DNA of 64,000 nucleotides, taken from an uncultured Acidobacteriaceae bacterium. GTDB lineage: Bacteria > Acidobacteriota > Terriglobia > Terriglobales > Acidobacteriaceae. Every line of letters begins with the position of its first letter. Position 1 is the stretch's first letter. The DNA is taken from contig CAVPWH010000010.1 of the NCBI GenBank assembly GCA_963709415.1, positions 719,228-783,227 of the forward strand, written 5' to 3'. Shown here in pieces: positions 19,884 to 30,754 of this stretch. The translations under genes and the position numbers were made by a program. The notes under the pieces were generated by a model. That model searched no databases. It was not told the DNA's origin and was given only the letters and a program-made list of their open reading frames with translations.

Positions 19884-20779
19884 ATGACCGTCGATGTGAA
19901 ATCGCTTCTAAAAGAAGGCGCGGAGCTGACCGACCACGCGCTGGAAGAGTTGCTTCCCTGCAAGAAGACTGTGCCTGCGTCGATTCATGGCGCCATGCGC
20001 CACTCAACTTTCGCAGGCGGCAAAGCGGCTGAGGCCGGTGCTGGCCATGCAGGCCGGAGTCACGATTGCCGGCGAACTGCCCAAAGGAATTGAAAGGCTG
20101 GGCGCGGCCATCGAGATGCTGCACACTTACTCGCTGATCCACGACGACCTGCCGGCGCTGGACAACGACGATCTGCGCCGCGGCAAGCCCACCTGCCACG
20201 TGGCCTTCGGAGAAGCCATCGCGATTCTGGCCGGCGACGCCCTGCAGACCCGCGCCTTCGAGGTGCTGGCCGGGCTGGACGTCGCCACCTGCCGCGACCG
20301 TGCAGATTATCCGGACTCATTGCCGATGCCGTGGGCACGGTGGACGGCATGATCGGCGGGCAGGTGCTGGACCTCGAAAGCGAACACCTGAAGCCCACGC
20401 CCGAGCTGGTGGAGGCGATTCATCGCGCCAAGACGGGCGCACTGATCCGCGTTAGCGTGGTTGCCGGCGGCGTTTACGCGCGGGGCGACACATCGAAGAT
20501 GTGGCCCGCCTGACCATGTTCGGCCGCAAGGCCGGCCTGGCGTTCCAGATTGTGGACGACGTGCTCGACATGACCGTGGACTCGGCGCAACTGGGCAAGA
20601 CCGCCGGCAAGGACCTGGCCACGGAAAAAGCCACCTGGCCGGCTGTCTACGGCATCGAGCAAAGCCGCAAGGACGCCGCGCGGTTGATCGATGAGGCATT
20701 CGCGGCTCTGGAGCCCTATGGTGACCGAGCGGATGGAATGAAGGCAGTGGCCCGCTATCTGGTCGAGCGGAAAAACTGA
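19884..20779 (+). CDS. ispA: Polyprenyl (farnesyl diphosphate) synthase, frameshifted
   Basis: [63 protein letters not shown]. Confidence 0.92.
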
Positions 20780-20782
20780 CGA

Positions 20783-21109
20783 ATGCTCACTGAAGCCGAC
20801 ATCCTGACCGCCCTGCGCGACTGCTTCGATCCGGAAGTAAAGCTGAACCTCGTTGACCTGGGGCTGATTTATGCCATCGAGACCGGCCCGGATCCCGACT
20901 CGGCGCCGGCCTGGCCGCGCCAGTGGGTCAAGGTGACGATGACGCTGACCACGCCGCAATGCCCGGCGAGCGGGCTCATCTTCGAGCAGGTACACAACCG
21001 CCTGGCCGGGATTCCCGATATCGGAAAAGTCGAAGTCAATCTGGTTTGGGAGCCGAAGTGGACGGCGCACCGCATCAGTGAGGCCGGGCGCCGTCAACTC
21101 GGTATATAA
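20783..21109 (+). CDS. DUF59/SufT-like metal-sulfur cluster assembly factor
   Basis: DPEVKLNLVDLGLIY, MTLTTPQCP, LVWEPKW. Confidence 0.88.
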   Translation: MLTEADILTALRDCFDPEVKLNLVDLGLIYAIETGPDPDSAPAWPRQWVKVTMTLTTPQCPASGLIFEQVHNRLAGIPDIGKVEVNLVWEPKWTAHRISEAGRRQLGI

Positions 21110-21117
21110 AAAAACAG

Positions 21118-21471
21118 CTAGCGGCCGAGAGCCTTGCCAAGCCTCTCGCGCTGGGCAGCGAACTCCTCCACTGCGCCCTCTGCCTGGGTGAGGAGCACCT
21201 GGACTTGTCCGATGTAGCTGGGGAGCACCTTCCACCATGCGCCGAGCACGTCCTTTTGATCAAGCATCGCGAGAGCCGTACCGGTAGCCGCAGCCATAAG
21301 CCCAGCGCGGCGCTTGCCGCTAAGCAGCAGCGCTCCGCCGGTGACAAGGGTTGCGGCCGAAGCAATCCGGATCCAGCTCACGGAGTCGTCCTTTACCGGG
21401 GCGTCAACTTTCGCGGGGGACGGCTCATCATCGTAATCACTCGGAAATCTTGAAAGCGGCAGGACGACCAT
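21118..21471 (-). CDS. Hypothetical protein with a hydrophobic hairpin
   Basis: GGAGA RBS; coherent ORF. Confidence 0.6.
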   Translation of the reverse strand: MVVLPLSRFPSDYDDEPSPAKVDAPVKDDSVSWIRIASAATLVTGGALLLSGKRRAGLMAAATGTALAMLDQKDVLGAWWKVLPSYIGQVQVLLTQAEGAVEEFAAQRERLGKALGR

Positions 21472-21636
21472 CGTTCTTCTCCTTCCGCTCCTCACCGCTT
21501 TGCAAATTGGCGAAGGAACGGTGTCTTGAGTATCGCTCGAAAACCTTCGGGAAAAGGGGAAATTTTCATCCGGCACCGATGCAAAGTTCGAAGTTGGCAT
21601 TCAAAGACCGATGTTGCAGTCGAATGGCGGCGCCCC

Positions 21637-21945
21637 TCAGTCCAGGTCGAAGTCACGCAAGGGCTTGCCCTGGGGTGCATCCTTGGCCTTGCGCAGGGCC
21701 TCGGCAAACTTCTTCTCCATCAAATCTGCCTTGTTCTTTTCCGCGTCGACGGACTGGCGGAAGATCGATTCCTTGCGCTCATCCTGCTCGCGCATGGCTT
21801 GGGCCGCAGTCTCCAGGTCTTCGAACATCCGCTTGCGCGGGGCCGGCGTGTGGCTCACCACCAGTCCGGTGGCTGCGTCGATCCTAAGCATCGCCCCGCA
21901 ATCGGGGCAGGCAACTTCGAATATCTTATCTTTCCCTTTGGCCAT
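21637..21945 (-). CDS. Hypothetical protein with CPDC zinc knuckle and coiled-coil C-terminus
   Basis: FEVACPDCGAMLRID...KPLRDFDLD. Confidence 0.7.
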   Translation of the reverse strand: MAKGKDKIFEVACPDCGAMLRIDAATGLVVSHTPAPRKRMFEDLETAAQAMREQDERKESIFRQSVDAEKNKADLMEKKFAEALRKAKDAPQGKPLRDFDLD

Positions 21946-22150
21946 TTCAATCCCAAATTGTATGCGCTTCCCTATGGTTTTGACAGCGCTGTTTCTGTGG
22001 ATTTCAGGGGTCTCACTCCTGAATCATCTTAAGCGCCGTCGGCTCCCTTGACATGCGTCTGCCGCGCAGCTAAAGATGAAGGCGCTGGATTTTCTCGGGT
22101 CCCCTCATGCCCAAGGCACGGCCTCTTATCCTCACCTCTGGAAGAATCCA

Positions 22151-23262
22151 ATGAAACGCATTTCGTCGCAGACTCTACCCGCCTTGATCGTTTTCGCGAT
22201 CTTGCTGCCGTTCCTCCTCGCTGTGAAGATCGCCGCCGCCGGCAGCAATCCGCCCGGACTCGACACCCCCGCGGAAAACCTGACCCCGCTGAAGTTCGAC
22301 CGGCTTGACCCGTCGATCGACAAGATCATTCCGGCAGGAGCCATGCTGGAGCGCATCGTCACCGGCTTCACCTGGATCGAAGGTCCCGTCTGGGCCGATG
22401 GCCGTCTGTTCTTCGCCGAGATCCCCAGCAACAGCATCCGCACCTGGACGCCGGGCAAGGGCGTTAGCATTTTCTTGCAGCCAAGCGGATACAAAGGCAG
22501 CGCACCCTACGGCGGTCCGGAGTCGGGATCGAATGGTATGACGCTCGACGTGCGCGGACGCCTCACGGTTGCCGGACACGCGCAGCGCGACGTCTACCGG
22601 TTCGAGTCGCTCGATCCCGACGGGGCCGATCACCATTCTGGCCGACTCCTACCAAGGCAAGCAACTCAACAGCCCCAACGACCTGGTCTACAAATCGGAT
22701 GGCTCGCTCTACTTCACCGATCCGCCTTACGGGTTGCGCACGCAGCAGGACAGCGACCCCGAGAAGCAACTCGAGGTGAACGGGGTCTATCGCATCCCTC
22801 ATGCGCTTCGAGCAGAAGGCCGGCACCCCGCCCGCGCGCGCCGAGTTGCAACTGCTGGTGAGCGACCTGACGCGGCCCAATGGCATCGCCTTCTCGCCCG
22901 ACGAGAAATATCTCTACGTAAATAACTCGCAGCCGAAGAAGATCTGGATGCGCTACACCGTGAAGCCGGACGGAACGCTGACGGATGCAAAGCTGCTCTT
23001 CGACGACACCGCGGACACGCGTCCCGGCGCTCCCGACGGCATGAAGGTGGATGTGGAGGGAAATATCTACAGCGCTGGTCCTGGCGGCGTGTGGATCTTT
23101 TCGCCTGAAGGCAAGCCGCTAGCGACCATCCTGATGCCTGGCCGGGTCGCGAATCTTGCCTGGGCCGGAGCGGATCGCAGAATGCTCTACATCACAGGGA
23201 GCGAAGGGATCTTTCGCGTGCATTTGAAGATTGCCGGGGAGCCGGTGGCGAAAGGCAAGTAG
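22151..23262 (+). CDS. SMP-30/gluconolactonase family protein with signal peptide, frameshifted
   Basis: EGPVW, GSNG, NSPND, YFTDPPYG, PNGIAFSPD, PDGMKVD across three frames. Confidence 0.9.
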
Positions 23263-23288
23263 CGGGGCTAGCTCCGCTGCTTCTGCTC

Positions 23289-24879
23289 CTAAGTCACCGG
23301 CCCCGGATTAAACAGGACGAACTCGTTGTGCAGCCCCCAATGATCCGCCCACGTCTTTTTGCGTCCGCTGGCGACTTCGAGAATCAGCCGGAAAATCTCC
23401 CACCCCACATCTTCGACCGTTGCATCGGCAGTCGCAATTCTTCCCGCGTCAATGTCGATCAGGTCGTGCCAGCGCTCGGCCAGCCCGCTGTTTGAAGCTA
23501 CTTTGATTACAGGTACAACCGCAAGGCCGTAAGGCGTGCCGCGGCCGGTGGTGAAGATGTGCATGTTCATCGCGGCGGCCAGTTGCAGCGTGCCGCAGAT
23601 GAAGTCGCTGGCCGGGGTGGCGGCAAAGACGAGGCCCTTTTGCGTGACGCGCTCGCCAGGAGCCGCGACGCCCATCAGCGCGGTGCTGCCCGCTTTGGCA
23701 ACCGACCCCATCGCCTTTTCGACTATGTTGGCGAGGCCGCCTTTCTTATTCCCCGGCGTGGGATTGGCCTGGCGGTCTGCGCCGCCGGTCTCCAGATACT
23801 CGTCGTACCAGGCCATCTCGCGAATAAAGTCTTTCGCGATCTCCGGCGTTGCGGCGCGCGCCGTGATCAGATGCGCAGCGTCGCGCACCTCGGTGACTTC
23901 GGAGAACATCACAGTGGCGCCGGCTCGCACCAGCAGGTCGGCAGCCCACCCCACCGCCGGGTTCGCCGTCACCCCGGAAAAAGCGTCGGACCCGCCGCAC
24001 TGCACGCCAACGACCAGGTCGGACGCGGGACAGGCGCACGCGCCGCCGCGCATTCAGCTTCTTCAGTTTCTTCTCCGCCTGCGCCATGATGTTGCCGACC
24101 ATGTCGCCGAATCCGTCGACAGCATCCTGCAGCACGGCGACAGAAGAATCCTCTTCCAGCACATTCAACGCGCTCGGCGGAAATCATGCGCGAGGGCTGC
24201 AGCTTTTCGCAGCCCAGGCTGACCACCAGCATTTCGCCGCCGAAGTTTGGATTCAGGCTCAGATTGCGCAGCGTGCGGATCGGCACCGAAGCGCCCGGCG
24301 CATCGATGGCCACGCCGCAGCCGTAGTGATGGTCGATAGCGACCACGTCGTCCACGTTGGGATAGCGCGGCAGCATCTCGGCCTTGATGCGCCGCACCGC
24401 ATAATTCACCGTTGCGGCCACGCACTGCACGGTGGTGCTGATGGCGAGAATGTTTTTCGTTCCTACCGTGCCATCGGCATTGCGATAGCCCTCGAAGGTG
24501 TAGCCCTCCAATTTCGGCAGCGGCTCCGGCACGGCCGTTGCAAGCGGACAATCCGCGAGCGGCGGCGCTTCGGGCGGATTCAGAAGCCCCTCATGCACCC
24601 AACTGCCGCGCGCGATCGCCTGCTTTGCGATAGCCGATCACGACGCCGTAGCGAACGAACGGCCGCGCCCTCCGCGAGATCGGCGAGCGCGACTTTGTGC
24701 GCCTCGGGAACAGGCTCCGCCAGCACAAGCCCGCACGGGAAAACGCTGCCCGCTGGCAGGCCGCCCTGGTTCACCACGATGGCGACATTGTCCCGCGCAT
24801 CGACGCGAATGTAGCGCGGCTGAGCAGCTTTCGCGCTTCGTGGATCGCTCTTCAAGGACTCGTTTCCTGTAACGCTCAT
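23289..24879 (-). CDS. garD: Galactarate dehydratase (UxaA/GarD family), frameshifted
   Basis: SAF domain DNVAIVVN...[59 protein letters not shown]. Confidence 0.92.
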
Positions 24880-24881
24880 TG

Positions 24882-26241
24882 TCAGCGCACCATGCATGGC
24901 CGTTTGGGATCGAACTTCCAGTTCGGAATCAGAAATTGCATCTGCGTTGCGTCGTCGCGCGCGCCCAAGGCCCATCGTCTTGTAAAGTGCATGCGCCCGC
25001 TCGATGGCATCAAGATCGAGATCGACGCCCAGCCCGGCGCGCTCCGGCACCGTCAACATGCCGTCTCTGATCAGAAACGGATTGCGCGTCAGATGTTGCC
25101 CATCCTGCCAGATCCAGTGCGTGTCGATGGCCGTGATCGCGCCCGGCGCGGCAGCGGCCACATGCGTGACCATGGCCAGCGAGATGTCGAAATGATTGTT
25201 GGAGTGCGATCCCCAGGTGAGCCCGTTATCGCGGCAGACCTGCGCCACGCGCACCGAGCCCTGCATCGTCCAGAAGTGCGGATCGGCCAGCGGAATGTCA
25301 ACCGCGTGCAACTGAATCGCGTGCCGCAAGCTGGCGCCAGTCGGTCGCAATCATGTTGGTCGCGGTGGGCAGGTTCGTCGCCTGTCGAAACTCCGCCATG
25401 ATCTCGCGGCCCGAGAAGCCCTGCTCCGCGCCGCATGGATCTTCCGCGTACGCCAGCACATCCTGCTTGCCTTTGCAGAGCGCAATCGCCTCCTGCAGCG
25501 ACCACGCGCCATTCGGGTCGAGCGTGATGCGCGCCTCGGGAAAGCGCGCCGCCAGCGCCTCCACGGCCTTCATCTCGTCCGCGCCCGAGAAGCACGCCGC
25601 CCTTCAGCTTGAAATCGTTGAAGCCGTAATGCGCCTTCGCCGCTTCGGCCAGCCGCACGATTGCTTCCGGCGTAAGCGCCTCTTCGTCGCGCAAGCCGAA
25701 ACCATCCCTCCGCGGACTCGCCCGCACGCCGGTATTCCAGATTCGTCTTTCCGCTGTCGCCAACATAAAACAGATAGCCAAGCACCGGCACCCTCGTCCG
25801 CTGCTGGCCTTCACCAAGAAGCGCGGCAACAGGCAGGCCGAGAAACTGGCCGAGCAGATCGAGCAGCGCGGACTCGATCGCTGTGAGCGCATGAACAGTG
25901 ATGCGCAGATCGAATGTCTGCTGGCCGCGGCCCTGTGCATCGCGATCGGCAAAGCGCTGCCGCACCTCGTTCAGAATCGCGTTGTACGAAGCAATCTCGC
26001 GCCCGATCACCAGCGGCGCGGCCTCTTCCAGCACCTGGCGAATCTTCTCTCCGCCCGGCACCTCGCCCACGCCGGTATTGCCGGCCTCGTCGGTAAGGAT
26101 GGCGAGATTGCGCGTGAAGTATGGCCCATGCGCGCCGCTCAGGTTCAGCAGCATGCTGTCCTGGCCGGCCACCGGCACCACGCGCATCGCCGCGATCCGC
26201 GGCGATTTACCGCTTGTCTCGACGCTGCCGGTTTTCACCAT
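24882..26241 (-). CDS. gudD: Glucarate dehydratase (enolase superfamily), frameshifted
   Basis: [87 protein letters not shown]. Confidence 0.93.
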
Positions 26242-26422
26242 TCTTCCCGCTCCCAGCGCTTTCTCTTCCCGCAGATCATCTTACTGGACTGTATCGATTG
26301 AAAATCCCGCCATCTCAGAAATTCACTTTACAGATGCGCGCCCACTCGCTTACAACGTTCCTTTGCAATGTTCACCGATAAGTGCGGCGTTCCCAGCCGG
26401 GCCACGGATAAAGCAGGAATAC

Positions 26423-27524
26423 ATGAATCGGAGACAGTTCATCGTTACCAGCGGCGCAGCCGGGCTGGTTGCCGCCGCTGGAGTCACGTCTACAAAATGC
26501 CGCTGCCGAGCCCGTCGCAAAACGAAGCCTGATGAAGCTGGGCGACCAGACCGAGCCAACCAACGAAACACATCTCAAGTACCTCGCCCGCTACGGCGTC
26601 GAGAGCATCTGCGGCTATCCGCAGATCGAAGGCGACCGGCTCTACGCCACCGTGGACGAACTGAAGCGCATGAAGGACATGGCCGCCAAATACGAAATCA
26701 GCGTCGACTGCATCGCTCCGCCATTTCTCGCATCAAGCTACATCGACAAGGAAAAGCATCCTGCCATCATGCTCGCCCAGAGCCCCGAGCGCGACCGCGA
26801 CATCGAACAGTTGCAGACCTTCATCAGGAACTGCGCGGAGGCCGGCATTCCCTCGATCAAATACAACATGAGCATCCTCGGCGTGCTGCGCACCGGCCGC
26901 ATACCCGGCCGCGGCGATGCGATGGATCACGTATGGAAGCTCTCCGAAGCGCATCCCGAAACGCCGCTCACCAGGGCTGGCGTCGTCAACGCCGACGCGT
27001 TCTGGGAGCGCATCACCTACTTTCTCGACCGCGTCATTCCTGTCGCCAACGAGTACAAGATTCGCATGGCCTGCCATCCGCAGGATCCCGGCGTTCCGCC
27101 TGAAGGATACCAGGGCGTGAACCGCGTGCTGGGCACCATCGACGGCCTCAAGAGATTCATCACCATTCAGGAGAGCCCCTATCACGGCCTGAACTTCTGC
27201 CAGGGAACCATCTCGGAGAATCTTGAAAATCCGAGCGTCGAGATCTTCGACGTCATCCGCTACTTCGGCACGCGCAAGAAAATCTTCAACGTGCACTTCC
27301 GCAACATTCGCGGCCATCGCAACGATTTTGAAGAAGTCTTTCCCGACGAAGGCGACATCGATTTCGTGAAAGCCATCAGGGTGTACAAGGAGATCGGTTA
27401 TCCTTACATGCTGATGCCCGATCATGTGCCGCTTGCGGAAAACGATCCCGGCTCGCTGCAGTCGTTCGCCTTCTGCTACGGATACATTCGCGGCCTCATC
27501 CAGTCAGTCAACGCAGAAGCCTGA
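26423..27524 (+). CDS. Mannonate dehydratase (UxuA)-family protein with twin-arginine signal; one frameshift near 26490
   Basis: MNRRQF signal; ACHPQDP, GLNFCQG, NVHFRN, DEGDID, MPDHVP. Confidence 0.8.
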
Positions 27525-27549
27525 GCGCCAGCGGAAGGAAGCCCACAAA

Positions 27550-28898
27550 TTGCTTGAACCTCGAAAGACGCGAGTCCGTTATCTCATCATCTGCATTCTC
27601 TTCGTCGTAAGTTGCTTCAGCTTCGCCGACCGCTCGGCTCTCTCGCAGGCGGCGGGCATGATGCCGAAGGACCTGGATCTGAATCCCCAGCGGTTGGGCT
27701 ATCTCCTTTTCGGATTCGGCTGGGCCTATGCGCTGGGTCAGTTGCCCTCGGGCGGCTTGCTCGATCGCTTCGGATCGAAGCGCGTCTACGGCATCGCCAT
27801 CATCCTGTGGTCGATCTTCGCATTTCTCACCGGCTTCGCAGGCTACGTGAGCGCCAGCGCGGCCTTCACCGTCATCTTCATTTTGAGAATCTGCTCCGGC
27901 CTGGCGCAGGCGCCGGTCTTTCCCGGCAACGGCCGCATCGTCGCCGCGTGGTTTCCCACCTCCGAGCGCGGGCGCGCCTCGGCGATCTTCAATTCGTCGC
28001 AATATTTCGCGCTGCCCATCTTCGCGCCCATCTTCGGTGGACTGCTTCAATCGCTACGGCTGGCAAAGCTGCTTCTGGTTCCTGGGCGCGCTGGGCTCGG
28101 TCCTCACCCTCCTCTGGTTCACAAACATCTACGGCCTCAAAGAACATCCGCGCATCTCGCCGGCCGAGATTGAAACCATCGAGCGCGGCGGCGGCCTGGT
28201 GAACACCGACGCCAAGGCCAGCGCAAGAAAGAACACGCTCACCTGGGCCACTGTCAAGAATGCTGCTCAGCCATCGCATGCTGGTGGGCGTTTACATCGG
28301 CCAGTACTGCATCACGACGCTTACCTGGTTCTTTCTCACATGGTTTCCGCTCTACCTTTCGCAGGCGCGGCACATGTCGGTGCTCAAGGTTGGATTTGCG
28401 GCCGCGGTGCCGGGACTTTGCGGCGGCTTCGGCGGAATTCTCGGCGGCGTCATCTCCGACAAGCTGCTGCAGCGCGGCTGCTCGCTGAGCTTTTCGCGCA
28501 AGCTGCCCATCATGGCCGGCATGGCGCTTTCCATGACGATCATCGCCTGCAATTACGCCGAGTCGCAGACCATCATGCTGCTCTTCATGTCGATCTCGTT
28601 TTTCGGCAAGGGAATCGGCGCGCTGGGCTGGACTGTCATCTCCGACACCTCGCCCAAAGGCATGGTCGGCATGAACGGCGCGCTCTTCAACCTCTGCGGC
28701 AACATGGCCGGAGTCACCACGCCGCTCATCATCGGCTACATCGTCGGCAAGACGCACTCTTACAACGGCGCGCTGATGTTCGTCGGCTTCATCGCCTTTT
28801 GCGCCATCGTGGCCTACGGGCCGATTGTCGGCGAAATCAAGCGGCTTGAACTGGCGCCCGCGCCGCTGAGCGCGCTGAGAAACGGCATGCGGGCCTGA
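27550..28898 (+). CDS. gudP: Glucarate/galactarate MFS transporter (ACS family), frameshifted
   Basis: FPGNGRIVAAWFPTSERGRASAIFNSSQY, FFLTWFPLYL, FFGKGIGALGW, TPLIIGYIV, VGEIKRLEL. Confidence 0.85.
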
Positions 28899-28978
28899 GG
28901 GAACTGATTTAAGCTGGCTAATCGACGACGTATCGCGCATGTCGGCGCACCGAATCTGCACAGGAGGCAAAGAAGCTT

Positions 28979-29761
28979 ATGCCGGAATGGCCGGGACATC
29001 TACCCCGCAATGCTTTTAAACAGGCGCTCGCGAAAGGCGAGCGCCAGGTGGGGCTGTGGAGCGGCCTCGCGAGCCCAATCGCCGCGGAGATCATGGCCGG
29101 CGCGGGCTTCGACTGGATCGTGATCGACGGCGAACACGGCCCGAACGACATTACGACTCTTCTTCCGCAACTGCAGGCCATGCGCGGCGGCACGGCCGAG
29201 CCGGTCTTCCGCGTGCCCTGGAACGACATGGTCATCATCAAGCGCGCTCTCGATGTAGGCGCGCGCTCGCTGCTCATTCCCTTCGTGCAAAATGTCGAAG
29301 AGGCGCGCCGCGCAGTTGCCGCCACGCGCTATCCACCTCTCGGCATTCGCGGAGTCTCTGTAACACCGCGCGCCAACGACTACGGCCGCGTGCAGAACTA
29401 TCACCAGAACGCGCATCTCGACACCTGCGTGCTGGTGCAGGTGGAGACGCGTGCCGCGCTCAAGGAGATTGAAGCCATCGCGGCCATCGACGGCGTAGAC
29501 GGCATCTTCATCGGGCCCAGCGATCTGGCCGCGGACTTCGGCCATCTCGGCAACCCCAAGCATCCCGATGTGCAGGCCGCGCTCAAGGATGCGGCGACGC
29601 GCATCCGCGCCGCGGGCAAATCCGCCGGCTTCCTGACGGGCGATCTGGACGAGATCGAGCCGCTCATCGCGCTGGGATTCAACTTCATGGCCGTGGGCAG
29701 CGACGTGGGAATTCTCGCGCGCGGCGCCGAGCAGTTGGCCTCAAGATTTCACAAGAACTGA
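28979..29761 (+). CDS. garL: 2-dehydro-3-deoxyglucarate aldolase (HpcH/HpaI family)
   Basis: GFDWIVIDGEHGPN, IKRALDVGA, YPPLGIRG, QVET, FIGPSDL, VGSD. Confidence 0.85.
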   Translation: MPEWPGHLPRNAFKQALAKGERQVGLWSGLASPIAAEIMAGAGFDWIVIDGEHGPNDITTLLPQLQAMRGGTAEPVFRVPWNDMVIIKRALDVGARSLLIPFVQNVEEARRAVAATRYPPLGIRGVSVTPRANDYGRVQNYHQNAHLDTCVLVQVETRAALKEIEAIAAIDGVDGIFIGPSDLAADFGHLGNPKHPDVQAALKDAATRIRAAGKSAGFLTGDLDEIEPLIALGFNFMAVGSDVGILARGAEQLASRFHKN

Positions 29762-29799
29762 CGCAGCGGAAACGCCTGCGCAAACAAAGGAGAAAAATC

Positions 29800-30693
29800 A
29801 TGGCAACGATTGGATTCATCGGCCTAGGCATTATGGGCCGCCCCATGGTCAAGAACCTGATGAAGGCGGGTCACACGGTCATCGCGTTCGACGCCTTCCC
29901 GAAAGCGCTAGACAGCAGCGTCGCCGAAGGAGCCCAGCGCGCGGGCTCGAGCAAAGAGGTCGCATCGCGCGCCACAACCATCATTACCATGGTGCCCGAT
30001 GGTCCGCAGGTTGAAGAAGCCGTGCTCGGACCCGGCGGAGTGCTGGAGGGCGCCAAGGCAGGCACTCTCGTCATCGACATGAGCTCCATCAATCCCGGCG
30101 TCTCGCAAAAAGTCGGCGCGGCCTGTGCTGCCAAGGGCATCGAATTTCTCGATGCTCCAGTTAGCGGCGGCGAGCCTAAGGCAATCGACGGAACGCTCGC
30201 CATCATGGTCGGCGGCGACGAGAAAGTCTTCGCCAAAGCCGAGCCGATTCTCAAGTGCATGGGCTCGAGCGTGCTGCTCACCGGCCCCGTCGGCGCGGGC
30301 AACACGACCAAGCTCGCGAACCAGATCATGGTGGCATGCAATATCGCGGCCATGGGCGAAGCGCTGGTTCTGGCCACTCGCTGCGGACTCGATCCTGAAG
30401 TCGTGTTTAACGCAGTAAAGGGCGGCCTGGCCGGAAGCACCGTGCTCAACGCGAAGGCTCCCATGCTCATCGGCCGCAACTTCAAGCCCGGATTCAAAAT
30501 CAAGCTGCATCAGAAGGACCTGCGCAATGCCCTGCAAACCGCGGAGGCGAACAATGTGTATCTCCCCTTCACGGCGCTGGTGCAGCAGATGCTGAATTCG
30601 CTAATCGCCGATGGCAAGGGCGACCTGGACCACTCTGCCATCGCCACGGTGATCGAGAGTCTCTCGCACGTTGAAGTGAAGAAACCGGTGTAG
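29800..30693 (+). CDS. garR: 2-hydroxy-3-oxopropionate (tartronate semialdehyde) reductase
   Basis: GFIGLGIMG, DAPVSGGEPKAIDG, KLANQI, GGLAGS, FKPGFKIKLHQKDL. Confidence 0.92.
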   Translation: MATIGFIGLGIMGRPMVKNLMKAGHTVIAFDAFPKALDSSVAEGAQRAGSSKEVASRATTIITMVPDGPQVEEAVLGPGGVLEGAKAGTLVIDMSSINPGVSQKVGAACAAKGIEFLDAPVSGGEPKAIDGTLAIMVGGDEKVFAKAEPILKCMGSSVLLTGPVGAGNTTKLANQIMVACNIAAMGEALVLATRCGLDPEVVFNAVKGGLAGSTVLNAKAPMLIGRNFKPGFKIKLHQKDLRNALQTAEANNVYLPFTALVQQMLNSLIADGKGDLDHSAIATVIESLSHVEVKKPV

Positions 30694-30754
30694 CTGAGTC
30701 GAACGATGGAGCGGCCCATCTTGATTGCGATTTGTGGCCAGGGCGGGTTGGCGA

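Noticed and set aside
21981-21994. TGACAGCGCTGTTT as a LacI operator for the lactonase
   Set aside because: Only a 10-bp core palindrome occurring once; too weak without genome-wide support.
26357-26373. GTTC direct repeat as an acidobacterial LexA box
   Set aside because: The spacing is 9 nt rather than the 7 nt of GTTC-N7-GTTC, and the flanking genes are catabolic.
19884-28898. Programmed ribosomal frameshifting or mass pseudogenisation
   Set aside because: No consistent slippery sites; the indels are scattered and hit a housekeeping gene, which is typical of sequencing error.
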